A stretch of DNA of 64,000 bases from Candidatus Parvarchaeota archaeon (GTDB lineage: Archaea; Nanobdellota; Nanobdellia; WJKC01), in assembly GCA_030615175.1 (NCBI GenBank), contig JAUWZX010000002.1, positions 62,001-126,000 of the forward strand, read 5' to 3'. The notes under the pieces are model-generated. The model made no database searches. It worked only from the letters and a program-made list of their open reading frames with translations, and was not told the origin of the DNA. The position numbers were made by a program, and so were the translations under genes. Below, one piece after another: positions 18,890 through 28,577 of the stretch (position 1 is its first letter; every line of letters begins with the position of its first letter).

Positions 18890-19747
18890 TTATTCATAAG
18901 AATAAAAAAATAATTCATCTAAATCAGTGTTTAGGAAATTATTTAGTTGTTTTTCATAATATTTTAATCCATTAACATCTTTTTGCATGTAACTTCGTTT
19001 AATGGGTGCAGATATTCCATTAATTAATCCCATCCTAATGCGCTCTTCAACATTTTTTCCAAAAATATCGTTATCAACCAATTTTTTAAGCAAGTTCTTC
19101 TGAAATAAACGGCTACCCTTACTAGGATAACCAGTATAAATAGCTTCCATATGAGCTAACAAGTAACCAACCTCAAGCAAGGGATCTGAATGGAAAAGAG
19201 TTTGCCAATCAATTGACTTAACATAATCATCCTTAACTAGGAAGTTGGTGGGGTCGGGATCCATCTTACAAAGACCGCATTTAATTTTGGTTTTTTTTAA
19301 TTTCTTAAGTAAACTAACACCTTTTTGATTAACATTATCTGATAACCATGATAAAGGATATGGCCAGTCAACAAACCTTTTAATATAATAATGAACAGTA
19401 TTAGTACCCGGGTAAGGTAAAATCTTGGTTGATAAATTAAATTGTTCTTCTAAGTTATTGAAAACTTCTTGACTATAATCAACTTCGTGAACAACGTCAT
19501 TAAGTTCAGAACCTTCAATAAAAACCGTGTCAATAAATGGTTTATTATTAATTTGACCATGATTAACATATTGTCCAAAAGACTTGAAATCAAGATTTTC
19601 TAAAGTTACTAAGTTTAAAGCTTCATTATTAACCCAGAATAATCTGTTATCCAATGAATTTAGAGAAGTATAAATTTTCCTAGCAATAATCTTATCATTA
19701 ACCTCTAGTTTGTAAACTTTAGACTTATCATCCTGAAAAATCTTCAT
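18890..19747 (-). CDS. APH/choline-kinase-like phosphotransferase
   Basis: Brenner-like KMDPDPTNFLV...IDWQ, then DPLLEVG. Confidence 0.65.
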   Translation of the reverse strand: MKIFQDDKSKVYKLEVNDKIIARKIYTSLNSLDNRLFWVNNEALNLVTLENLDFKSFGQYVNHGQINNKPFIDTVFIEGSELNDVVHEVDYSQEVFNNLEEQFNLSTKILPYPGTNTVHYYIKRFVDWPYPLSWLSDNVNQKGVSLLKKLKKTKIKCGLCKMDPDPTNFLVKDDYVKSIDWQTLFHSDPLLEVGYLLAHMEAIYTGYPSKGSRLFQKNLLKKLVDNDIFGKNVEERIRMGLINGISAPIKRSYMQKDVNGLKYYEKQLNNFLNTDLDELFFYSYE

Positions 19748-19800
19748 GTTTGTTATTTATAGAAAGAATTATATAAACTTTATGATACTATTAATAAAAT

Positions 19801-20481
19801 ATGATTAAAACATTATTAATTGATTTAGATGGTACCATACTAGATAAGAATTATGAATATAAAAAGGGATTACTAATTAGATTTAATGAATTAATTAACA
19901 AAGGAATAAAGATAATCTTTGTTACTGGTAAAGATTTTGATTCATTCTTAAAACACACACCAATGATTAGTGATGCTGTTATAGAAAATGGAACAGTAAT
20001 TTATGAAAAAACTAACAATATATTATTAATGAATGAAGAATGGAATCAATTAATAAGTAAGAACTCTAATTTACTATTAAGGTTATACAAACATTTAGAA
20101 ATGCTTAAGCCAATATGGAAGGGTAATAGTTTCACAATAAAAAGTCAGGATATTAAAAAAGACATAGGTATTATTAAAAAGAATAATTTAAGCACTAATG
20201 TCAATATTTCAGTTAATAAGAAATGGATTGATGTGACACCAAAACCAGCCAGCAAGTTAAATGCAACAAGATTTCTTTTAAGAAAAAAAAATAGTAGTTT
20301 AAAAGATGCAATTTATATTGGTGATGAATTAACAGATATTGAATTACTGAATAACGTCGGTATTCCATGCACAACTGCTAATGCGCATAATGAAGTAAAA
20401 TTCTTAATAAATAAGAAAGGTGGAAGGATTAGCACAAAAAAATACTCAGATGGCGTTCTCGAACTCATAAGAAATTTATAG
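19801..20481 (+). CDS. HAD-IIB phosphatase
   Basis: DLDGT, VTGK, ENG, SK, IGDELTD. Confidence 0.88.
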   Translation: MIKTLLIDLDGTILDKNYEYKKGLLIRFNELINKGIKIIFVTGKDFDSFLKHTPMISDAVIENGTVIYEKTNNILLMNEEWNQLISKNSNLLLRLYKHLEMLKPIWKGNSFTIKSQDIKKDIGIIKKNNLSTNVNISVNKKWIDVTPKPASKLNATRFLLRKKNSSLKDAIYIGDELTDIELLNNVGIPCTTANAHNEVKFLINKKGGRISTKKYSDGVLELIRNL

Positions 20482-20517
20482 TAAGATTTTTAAATTAGTT
20501 TTTTTACTAACAGTCAT

Positions 20518-21465
20518 ATGAGAACTAGTCTTGTAATCGCAACATATAATAGAAAAAAAACATTAATTAATTTGTTGCCAATACTTGAAGAATTAACTCC
20601 TTACAAAGTAGTAATTGTAGATGATAATTCTACTGATAGTACTAAGAAAAGTTTAGAAGAATTAATTCATAATTATTCAGTTAAGATGAAATATATCTTT
20701 TTAAAACAAAAATCAGGAGTGGCAATAGTTAAGAATACAGGGATTAGACATGCAGGTGGTGATTTAATTGGCTTTTTTGATGATGATTGTATTCCATTAA
20801 ATAATAATTGTTTAAGAATAGTTGAGGATTGGTTTAGTAAAGATGAAAAAGTTGTTGGTGTTGGAGGCCCGGTTTATTTAAGAAATACTAAACCCATTTC
20901 AGAAAGAATTGAGAATAAAGTTGCCAAAATTGATTTTAAGAAACCTGAAGTTTTTTCTTATTTTAACACCATAATTAATAAACCATTATATGTTGATCAT
21001 TTGCCTGGAGGGAATAGTTTTTACAGAAAGAATGATTTGTTAAGGATTAATGGTTTGGACCCGTGCTTTAATGGTAATTTTTATCGTGAAGAAACAGATT
21101 TATGTATGCGTATTAAAGGTGATAAAAAAATAGTTCTTGATCCTAGAATTCCTGTGAATCATTTAAGAGTGCCGTCTGGCGGTTGCAGGGTCAGTGCTGA
21201 TGATTGGTATATGTATAAATTTTCTAATACAATGTTATTAATACTTAAGAATTGGGGAATGAAAAAGTTTGTTTCTGTTAGTAAATACTCAACTAGTAAT
21301 GCTACTAATATTATAAAAAATAAAGAAGACAGAAGGTATTATCACTTAAATAGGTCAAAGTTATGGTCTGCTTATTTTAAGGCGTTTAAAAGAACGCTAA
21401 GAAAAATAGTTAAGCCTCATATGTACAATCTTGAACCAGATTATGAAGTGACAAGGAATTATTAA
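20518..21465 (+). CDS. GT2 glycosyltransferase
   Basis: IATYNR, VDDNSTD, FFDDD, EETDLC. Confidence 0.9.
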   Translation: MRTSLVIATYNRKKTLINLLPILEELTPYKVVIVDDNSTDSTKKSLEELIHNYSVKMKYIFLKQKSGVAIVKNTGIRHAGGDLIGFFDDDCIPLNNNCLRIVEDWFSKDEKVVGVGGPVYLRNTKPISERIENKVAKIDFKKPEVFSYFNTIINKPLYVDHLPGGNSFYRKNDLLRINGLDPCFNGNFYREETDLCMRIKGDKKIVLDPRIPVNHLRVPSGGCRVSADDWYMYKFSNTMLLILKNWGMKKFVSVSKYSTSNATNIIKNKEDRRYYHLNRSKLWSAYFKAFKRTLRKIVKPHMYNLEPDYEVTRNY

Positions 21466-21499
21466 AAAAGGCAGCGCGTTATCACCAACTGTACTAACA

Positions 21500-21513
21500 C
21501 CCGGCCCGGGCGT
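21500..21513 (+). repeat. Copy of tRNA-Asp 3' end (att-like site 2)
   Basis: CCCGGCCCGGGCGT identical to 17430-17443. Confidence 0.85.
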
Positions 21514-21535
21514 ATTTTATTAAAATAAGGTGGAT

Positions 21536-21766
21536 TTATTTAATTGCTTTCTTTAGTTCTTCCTTGCTTGGTAACCTGCCACTGCATACTTCCTTGTCAT
21601 TTACGAACAGTGCTGGAGTGCTCATCACGCCATGACTAATAATTTCAGCAATGTCAGTGACTTTAACCACTTCAGCCTTAACTCCTAACTCATTAATTAC
21701 TTCATTAACTAATCGCTCTAACTCCTTGCACTTAGGGCAACCAGTACCCAATACTTCAACCTTCAC
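21536..21766 (-). CDS. Small redox-active disulfide protein (MTH895/ArsE-like thioredoxin)
   Basis: LGTGCPKC, GVMSTPAL. Confidence 0.9.
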   Translation of the reverse strand: MKVEVLGTGCPKCKELERLVNEVINELGVKAEVVKVTDIAEIISHGVMSTPALFVNDKEVCSGRLPSKEELKKAIK

Positions 21767-22824
21767 GCTATCACGCCCACATCAATTAAGTAACCATAAA
21801 ATAATCCTGCAAGCATGCTGAACAGGATTAATAATAATGCATAAGTGATTGTCCGCTTAGGCTTAATAATCTTATTAACCACTAATAAAGTCTGAATACT
21901 AACTGCCGGGTCAGCAATCAAGTAAGCCATTAAAGGACCCAGATGCATTCCTAAATCCATGAAAGTCTTAGCAATAGGGACTTCAATCAGTGTTGGAAAA
22001 TAAGCAATAGTGCCGAATAAAACGCCAAAGAAATTACCAAGCAATGAATTAGAGCCTGCAACACCGGCAATCCATTCAGGAGGAATTAATGGCTTGAAGA
22101 ATCCTGAAGCGAACACGCCAATAAGTAGAATTGGGAATATTAATTTAACAAAACCCCATGACTCCTTAAGCCAAGTCTTACGCTCTGCCTTTGAGTAAAA
22201 TTTAATTGAGAGGATAATAGTTAAAACAGTTGTTAAACCAACAAGCAATAACTTAAAACTTAATTCAAGGCTCATGGTGCCGAAAACCATTACCATTAAT
22301 AGTGAACCAAAGAATAAAATTGATTGATATGGCTTCTGCCTGCCAGTGATTGCTCCATTCTTAAACATTTTATTATCACCATCATGATTATTCCTGAATA
22401 ATAACTCCATCACCAAGCCAATAATAATGGCCACAATAATTGATAATAATAATTTAATGACTGCGAATTCAGGACCAATAACCGCGGCAGTTAATGGAGT
22501 TGATAATAAAGTAATGCCAGGGCCAGCGAATAAGAAGGTGATGGCTGGACCGAAGCCAGCACCTTTCTTCCAGATGCCGGCGAATAAAGGCAGGATAGTG
22601 CAGGAACAGACTTCAAGTAATAAACCACTAGTAGCTGCGAAGAAGTAAGCCAACGCCTTGCCTTTTAATGACTTGCCACCCATAAACTTAAAGATTGCCT
22701 TATCAGGGATTAAGGCATTAAAAGCCCCTGATAAGAAGAAAGCAGGAATCAAGCATAACAGGACATGCGCTGACAAGTAATCCAGTAGTGACTCCAAACC
22801 ACTAATCAATAAATTGTTAAGCAT
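21763..22824 (-). CDS. ArsP/DUF318 permease
   Basis: HVLLCLIPAFF, VCSCTILPLFAGI, YFPTLIEVPI. Confidence 0.88.
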   Translation of the reverse strand: MLNNLLISGLESLLDYLSAHVLLCLIPAFFLSGAFNALIPDKAIFKFMGGKSLKGKALAYFFAATSGLLLEVCSCTILPLFAGIWKKGAGFGPAITFLFAGPGITLLSTPLTAAVIGPEFAVIKLLLSIIVAIIIGLVMELLFRNNHDGDNKMFKNGAITGRQKPYQSILFFGSLLMVMVFGTMSLELSFKLLLVGLTTVLTIILSIKFYSKAERKTWLKESWGFVKLIFPILLIGVFASGFFKPLIPPEWIAGVAGSNSLLGNFFGVLFGTIAYFPTLIEVPIAKTFMDLGMHLGPLMAYLIADPAVSIQTLLVVNKIIKPKRTITYALLLILFSMLAGLFYGYLIDVGVIA

Positions 22825-22896
22825 AAGGATAATTGTAATAGAAATATATTTAAATATATATTGATGTTCATCAATATGATTATGGGTTGTTGCACA

Positions 22897-23352
22897 ATGA
22901 AAAAATACCTATTAATAGGCGCAATAATAGTAATAGCACTTATTGGATTAAATCAAGCAGGAATAACAACAACCGGGCTAATAGTAGGCAGCAATAATTC
23001 AACAATCAAAGCAGATAAAATAGAAGTTTATCACTTCCATGGCACCCACCAATGTTATTCATGCATTAGGCTTGGTCAATTAGCACAATTAACAATTAAT
23101 GAATATTTCAAAGAAGAATTAGATAAAGGCATAGTGGTCTTTGCACACGTAAACATGGATTTATCAGAAAATCAAGAATTAGTGACTAAATACGGCGCTA
23201 CAGGTTCATCATTATGGATAGGCACATATATTGGTAACAAATTCCATAAGGAACAGAACATTAATGTGTGGTATAAGATTAACAATGAAATGGATTACAA
23301 AGAATACTTAAGTGGTTTAATAACTAAGAGGTTAAACGGTGACTTAAACTAA
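22897..23352 (+). CDS. ArsF-family thioredoxin-fold protein
   Basis: IEVYHFHGTHQCYSC, YGATGSSL; N-terminal anchor. Confidence 0.8.
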   Translation: MKKYLLIGAIIVIALIGLNQAGITTTGLIVGSNNSTIKADKIEVYHFHGTHQCYSCIRLGQLAQLTINEYFKEELDKGIVVFAHVNMDLSENQELVTKYGATGSSLWIGTYIGNKFHKEQNINVWYKINNEMDYKEYLSGLITKRLNGDLN

Positions 23353-24074
23353 TGAGTTTAATGGCCTTCATGGAAGCAATGAGTAATAGTAATATTCCTT
23401 TAATCGCCGCGTTCTTTATTGGCTTAATGACTGCTTTCAGTCCATGCCCGTTAGCCACTAACATCACGGCTATTGCTTACTCATCAAAAAAGATTGGTGA
23501 AGGCAAGCAAACAATCAAGGTTGGCTGGTTCTATACTCTCGGCAGGGCTATTACTTACGTGTTAATTGCCAGCCTGATAGTATACATCGGAGTTAATACC
23601 AAAGCAATCAATTTATCACTGCAATTATACGGTGACAAGATGCTTGGTCCTTTACTCTTAATTATTGGTTTAGTAATGATAGGATTAATCAAGTTTAAGA
23701 GATTAAGTGGTGGCAACTACTTTAACAAGTTAAAACAGAAGTTAAGCAGTAAAGGACTGCTTGGAAGTTTCTTACTTGGAGTTTTATTCGCTATGGCTTT
23801 CTGCCCGTTCAGTGCAGTGCTTTATTTTGGAATGTTAATACCACTAGCATTAAGTACTAATGATGGGATAATAATTCCCTCAATCTTCGCTTTCGGCACA
23901 GGGCTGCCGGTAATAATATTATCATACATTCTTAATCAAAGCGTGTCTAAACTAAGCAGGGTAATGAACAAGATTCAAATAATTGACAAATGGACACGCA
24001 GGTTAGTTGGAGCAACTTTTATTATTGTAGGATTATTCTATACTATTAATTACACAATAGGGATTGGTTTATGA
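23352..24074 (+). CDS. ArsG-family (DsbD_2-like) membrane protein
   Basis: SPCPLATNITAI, AFCPFSAVLYFGMLIP. Confidence 0.85.
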   Translation: MSLMAFMEAMSNSNIPLIAAFFIGLMTAFSPCPLATNITAIAYSSKKIGEGKQTIKVGWFYTLGRAITYVLIASLIVYIGVNTKAINLSLQLYGDKMLGPLLLIIGLVMIGLIKFKRLSGGNYFNKLKQKLSSKGLLGSFLLGVLFAMAFCPFSAVLYFGMLIPLALSTNDGIIIPSIFAFGTGLPVIILSYILNQSVSKLSRVMNKIQIIDKWTRRLVGATFIIVGLFYTINYTIGIGL

Positions 24075-24367
24075 AAGAAATGATTAAGTTCTTAAAGGCA
24101 ATCAGTGACGAGACGCGATTAAAAATAATTGAGATATTAATTAACGGTGAGCGATGCGTTTGCGAAATACACCCAAGAATTAATGTAACTCAATCAACTA
24201 CTTCAACTCATTTAAGCAGGTTAGAAGATGCCGGCATTATTAAGTCAAGAAGGGAAGGTAAAAAAGTATTCTATCACATCAATGATGTACGAGTCATTAA
24301 TGTCCTCAGAGCCTTAGGCAATAAGAAAGCAATTAAGAAAAATATAGAGCGATGCTGCATTGGTTAG
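24071..24367 (+). CDS. arsR: ArsR/SmtB metalloregulator
   Basis: SDETRLKI, ERCVCEI, QSTTSTHL, C-terminal CC. Confidence 0.9.
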   Translation: MKEMIKFLKAISDETRLKIIEILINGERCVCEIHPRINVTQSTTSTHLSRLEDAGIIKSRREGKKVFYHINDVRVINVLRALGNKKAIKKNIERCCIG

Positions 24368-24503
24368 TAATGTATTACTGGCTCTGGTTCTATTAAGTCA
24401 ATAAAGCAGTGACCAAGACATTCCCTCTTACCATTAATTAATCGCTTATTTATTCCCTGTTTGTAAACTTCAAGTTCACTAAACGAATAACTTAATTCAT
24501 TAA

Positions 24504-25286
24504 TTATTCTAAATCTTTTTGCAATAGAGAGATGGCATTATTATAAAGAATATCTTCTTTAATTTCTTCTTTTATATTTGCATACGTAACTTGAGCTATA
24601 TACCACTTTAATGATGTTTCAGATGTTCTATAATCAGAGCCGTATAACATTCTTTTACCAAGTCGTGCTTTCACTAATTGTTCAATCCTATGTGGTCCAG
24701 GACCATATGAAGTTTCACAATATAAATTCTTATTCTTTGACAGTGCTTGTAACCTATCTATCATTTCAAAATCATTATCTTCTTTTAAGTGAGCCATTAC
24801 AAACTTGCCTTTAGGATATCTTGATGCTAACTCTCCTATTGGCTTAACTTTAGCACCCCAACCAGAGTGAATCATAATAATTTTTCCTTGTTCAACTGCC
24901 TGTTCTACGTAAGACTCAATTCTACTATAATAATCAGGCGTTACGTTATCAAATACTGGTATAAACTTTATTATATCAACTTTTGATATGAAGTCACTCA
25001 AATTATCACTTTCTGGACTAAACCAAGGTGCAGGAATTATTTTATCGCATCCTTTTACTTGATCTAAGAATTCTTCATTAATTTTATCAAGTTTCTTCAA
25101 GAAATTATTAATAAATTCTTTTGGCTTCTCAGGTGTCCTTATGAACTCAAGTATTTCTTTAAATCCATAAGGGCCTAAATTGTATGGAATCACAATTGCT
25201 TTTTCAATATTATTCTTATTTAATACTTTAAGAAATTTGTCTAAGTCAATCGCTAAATGTGTATGGAAATCAATAATTTTTTGCAT
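24504..25286 (-). CDS. Amidohydrolase family (Amidohydro_2) protein
   Basis: IDFHTH, IHSG, MAH, YGSD. Confidence 0.85.
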   Translation of the reverse strand: MQKIIDFHTHLAIDLDKFLKVLNKNNIEKAIVIPYNLGPYGFKEILEFIRTPEKPKEFINNFLKKLDKINEEFLDQVKGCDKIIPAPWFSPESDNLSDFISKVDIIKFIPVFDNVTPDYYSRIESYVEQAVEQGKIIMIHSGWGAKVKPIGELASRYPKGKFVMAHLKEDNDFEMIDRLQALSKNKNLYCETSYGPGPHRIEQLVKARLGKRMLYGSDYRTSETSLKWYIAQVTYANIKEEIKEDILYNNAISLLQKDLE

Positions 25287-25371
25287 AAATTTTTAATTCA
25301 CTAATTAATATTTAAATATTTAACTATTTTACTTAAAAAAGATTAAAAACCTTTAAGGTGTCCAATAAATT

Positions 25372-26139
25372 GTGGAAAAAAAGAAAACAAACAAGGCAAT
25401 ACTAATACTCATTCCAGTGATTATAATCGCGGTAATAATAATCATTGTGTTTGTAAGTGGTTTAGGCGCGCCAAGCACGACAAACGGAATTCAGACAAGT
25501 TATGAATTAATAAATAAAAGCAAACTAAATGTAGAAGGATTTGAATTATCAGCCTTTGACGCGCTAATGGGAGGAGTAATGATACTAAACTATTACGGGT
25601 ACGGACTAGACACACTAGAATTATTTGTAGTGGAACCAATAGTACGAGGAGACATAGGAGCACTCAATATAGTAATGGGATTAAATGAAATAGACATGCT
25701 AGACAAAATGATGATGGGATTATCAAAAGAATATAACTTAGCATACTTAGTAAGATACGCATTATATTTAGGACACGCAGAAGAAATAATGGCACTAGAA
25801 GAACAAGTAATAACCATGGAAGAATATGAAATTGAAGTACTCAAACTAATAACTAATAAAGTAACAATATTCGAAAACAGCACTCAAGCACTAAACAAAT
25901 TAAAAGAATTAATAAGAAATGACACGCCAGTAATAGCATTAATAGACCATGGCAAAAAATACGTCGTAGTAACAGGATATGATAAAGACAATATATACGT
26001 AAACGACCCCGAACCAGGAATGAGTGAAAGAACAATAACAATCAATGACTTCATAAATGAATGGGATGTATCAGAACAATCAACAGATGAAGACGAGATA
26101 TTCCCAAGCGATTACGGAATGATATGGTTTACTAGATAA
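25372..26139 (+). CDS. Membrane-anchored C39-like domain protein, apparently non-catalytic
   Basis: N-terminal TM; MILNYYG, PVIALI, YVVVTGYD, IYVNDP; no Cys in the protein. Confidence 0.7.
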   Translation: MEKKKTNKAILILIPVIIIAVIIIIVFVSGLGAPSTTNGIQTSYELINKSKLNVEGFELSAFDALMGGVMILNYYGYGLDTLELFVVEPIVRGDIGALNIVMGLNEIDMLDKMMMGLSKEYNLAYLVRYALYLGHAEEIMALEEQVITMEEYEIEVLKLITNKVTIFENSTQALNKLKELIRNDTPVIALIDHGKKYVVVTGYDKDNIYVNDPEPGMSERTITINDFINEWDVSEQSTDEDEIFPSDYGMIWFTR

Positions 26140-26267
26140 TTACTCAATTATAGTCGTTTATTCATAAGTTTAAGTTGATAAAAATCTTTTGAAAAAACTG
26201 TCAGAGCTTTTCTCACCACAATAAAACTTATTAAAAACTGTATGTTATAGATAAAATAAGAAGGATT

Positions 26268-26939
26268 GTGTGTTTGATGGTTGGAGAAAATTTTCCGATA
26301 AAAGCGGTGGTGTTTGATTTTAATGGGGTTCTAGATAACATGAACGCTGAGAGGTTGAATGCTCTTAGGGATGTTTTACAGCGGGTCGGTGATTTTGAGG
26401 GTCGTGCCGGCGAAGTTTTGGTAGATATTGAGATGATTGATAGGTACCATTCTACTGATTCAATGAGGAATATTGTTACTAGAGCGTTAGCCAAGTTTTT
26501 CAAGAAAAATGATGTTCATGGTTTTGACCCAAAGAAGATGGCGGGATTGTACGCGAAGAAGAGGAAAAAATATAGGAAATCTTGTGATGGGTTGAAAAGC
26601 GTTTTGAAGTACTTAAGGAGCAAGGGTATGAAGTTGTTCATCGTATCTCATTCGAAAAAGGCTGATATTACAGGTATGTTTAGTAAACAAGGGATTTCTG
26701 AGAATTTCTTTGAAAAAATATATTCGACGCAGGAATTAAGGTTAAAAAAACCGAGTACGGAGATTCTTAATGAAATGATGAGTGAGAACGGTCTTAAAGC
26801 GGGTGAGTGCGTGTTTATTGGTGATAGCGTGGTAGAAGATTTGTTGCCAGCGAAGGTGGTTGGGATGAGAACAGTATTGGTTTCCGAGTTCGTTGACGAG
26901 TTCATCACCAGTTTACGCGATGTCAAAAAAATAATTTGA
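26268..26939 (+). CDS. HAD-IA hydrolase
   Basis: FDFNGVL, KP, IGDS..ED..A..VGM. Confidence 0.85.
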   Translation: MCLMVGENFPIKAVVFDFNGVLDNMNAERLNALRDVLQRVGDFEGRAGEVLVDIEMIDRYHSTDSMRNIVTRALAKFFKKNDVHGFDPKKMAGLYAKKRKKYRKSCDGLKSVLKYLRSKGMKLFIVSHSKKADITGMFSKQGISENFFEKIYSTQELRLKKPSTEILNEMMSENGLKAGECVFIGDSVVEDLLPAKVVGMRTVLVSEFVDEFITSLRDVKKII

Positions 26940-26994
26940 CAACCTAACTAGTGTTCTAAGTAAAGATAAAAAACGCGGCGAGACATTATATTGT

Positions 26995-27089
26995 TAATCT
27001 TATAAAAGTGATAATTTTCTCTAAGACATAATGGAAAACAATAATCTTAATAAAAGCGATAATTCTCTCTAAGACATAATGGAAAACAA
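26995..27089 (+). repeat. Tandem 47/48-bp duplication carrying TATA box and start codon of the peptide gene
   Basis: taatcttataaaagtgataattttctctaagacataatggaaaacaa followed by taatcttaataaaagcgataattctctctaagacataatggaaaacaa. Confidence 0.9.
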
Positions 27090-27207
27090 AAAAGAGGAAA
27101 AGGAATCTTGTAGCCCCCAACCCAAAGAAAAAATCAGTTTCACTGTAAAACTGGAACAAAATGATTCAGTTGGTTTTGATGGTTGTGGAGTACACACACA
27201 TAAATAA
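27079..27207 (+). CDS. 42-aa putative RiPP precursor MENKKEEKESCSPQPKEKISFTVKLEQNDSVGFDGCGVHTHK
   Basis: Hand translation; TATA about 25 bp upstream; ends 32 bp before the radical SAM/SPASM gene. Confidence 0.75.
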   Translation: MENKKEEKESCSPQPKEKISFTVKLEQNDSVGFDGCGVHTHK

Positions 27208-27239
27208 AAACTAAGTCAGGGGGCTTTAAAAGAGGGGAA

Positions 27240-28577
27240 ATGGATTCTGCTTGGATTAGTTATGATTACGAAAAAATTGGTGCTGTAAAGAATTTTCCTC
27301 TAACAGTCAAAGGTCAGAAATTCTTTTTAATACTGAACCCGGATACGGCTTCTTGGATGATTCTGACGAGTAAAGAATACGAAAACTACCAAAAAAATAA
27401 GTTTAAGGGCGTTGACTGGGAACCTTTGTTTTTGAGAAAGCTTGCGAGAAGAAAAACAGGGGAAGTAGTCGGTTTTGATTTCCCAAAACCTGCTGAGTAC
27501 CCAAGTGTTGTAGTTGTTAATATAACAACGAAGTGTAATATGCATTGCAAATACTGTTTTATGAATTGTGGGGACTTTCAAGGTGAGGACATGACAACCA
27601 GTGTTATAAAAGAAATGGTAAAGCAAATGTCTGAGATGCCACAGGTAAAACAGGTAACTCTTGAATTCCAAGGAGGAGAAGCACTTTGTAATCTGAATGG
27701 CATTAAAAAATGTATAGAGTTTGCAGAAAATGCCTCAAAAAAAAAGGGTATGAAGTTTAAGTATAGGATAGAAACAAATGGAACAATAGTCAATGATGAA
27801 GTTATAGAACTCTTCAGAAGATATGAGATTGAACTGGGAATAAGCTTGGATGGCCCCGAAGAAATCCATGACAAAGCTAGGGTTTACCCAAACGGGAAAG
27901 GAACTCATAATGATATAATGCTAAATCTTGATACTTTAAGAAAAGCTGGGATTGATAATACTGGCTCGGTTTGCACCATTGGAACACACAATGTTGATTT
28001 CCCTGAAGAAATCGTTGATTTTTTCTCAAAAAATAACATACCCTTCAAACCAAGGCCGGTCAATATTCTTGGTCGTGCAATAAAAAATAATATGGCTCCA
28101 GATCCTAATAAATGGTTTGAAGCTTATAGAACACTTTACTATAAAAGTAAAGAGAAGAATATTGAAAACTTTTCAGTACACATCTTTGAAGAGAATACTT
28201 ACTCGCCCATAAGGGATTACATCTGCTTAAGGTCTCCTTGTGGCGCGGCTAGAGAACTAATTTCCATAAATCCTAACGGTGATGTTTACCCTTGCGATGG
28301 GTTCAAGGGGGTTGAAGAGTTTAAGATGGGTAATATAATGAAGGAGAAGATTGTTGATATGCTCAACAAACAAGAAGTTCGGAAACTTCGCAACAGAACG
28401 TGGAGAGATATCCCTAAATGCAAAAACTGTATGTTCCACTCTATGTGTGGGTCTTGTAATTACTCGTGTTACGGCGCTTTTGGGGACATATACAGAGAAG
28501 ACCCGCAATGTGCTGCAAGAAAAAAAATATTTGTATTCCTTATAAAGGAATGGATAAGAAATAACATGGTGAAGTGA
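27240..28577 (+). CDS. Radical SAM/SPASM peptide maturase (HxsB-like) with N-terminal RRE-like extension
   Basis: CNMHCKYC, FQGGE, SLDGP, CLRSPCGA..NGDVYPCD..CKNC..MCGSC..C; GAGGGG RBS. Confidence 0.92.
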   Translation: MDSAWISYDYEKIGAVKNFPLTVKGQKFFLILNPDTASWMILTSKEYENYQKNKFKGVDWEPLFLRKLARRKTGEVVGFDFPKPAEYPSVVVVNITTKCNMHCKYCFMNCGDFQGEDMTTSVIKEMVKQMSEMPQVKQVTLEFQGGEALCNLNGIKKCIEFAENASKKKGMKFKYRIETNGTIVNDEVIELFRRYEIELGISLDGPEEIHDKARVYPNGKGTHNDIMLNLDTLRKAGIDNTGSVCTIGTHNVDFPEEIVDFFSKNNIPFKPRPVNILGRAIKNNMAPDPNKWFEAYRTLYYKSKEKNIENFSVHIFEENTYSPIRDYICLRSPCGAARELISINPNGDVYPCDGFKGVEEFKMGNIMKEKIVDMLNKQEVRKLRNRTWRDIPKCKNCMFHSMCGSCNYSCYGAFGDIYREDPQCAARKKIFVFLIKEWIRNNMVK

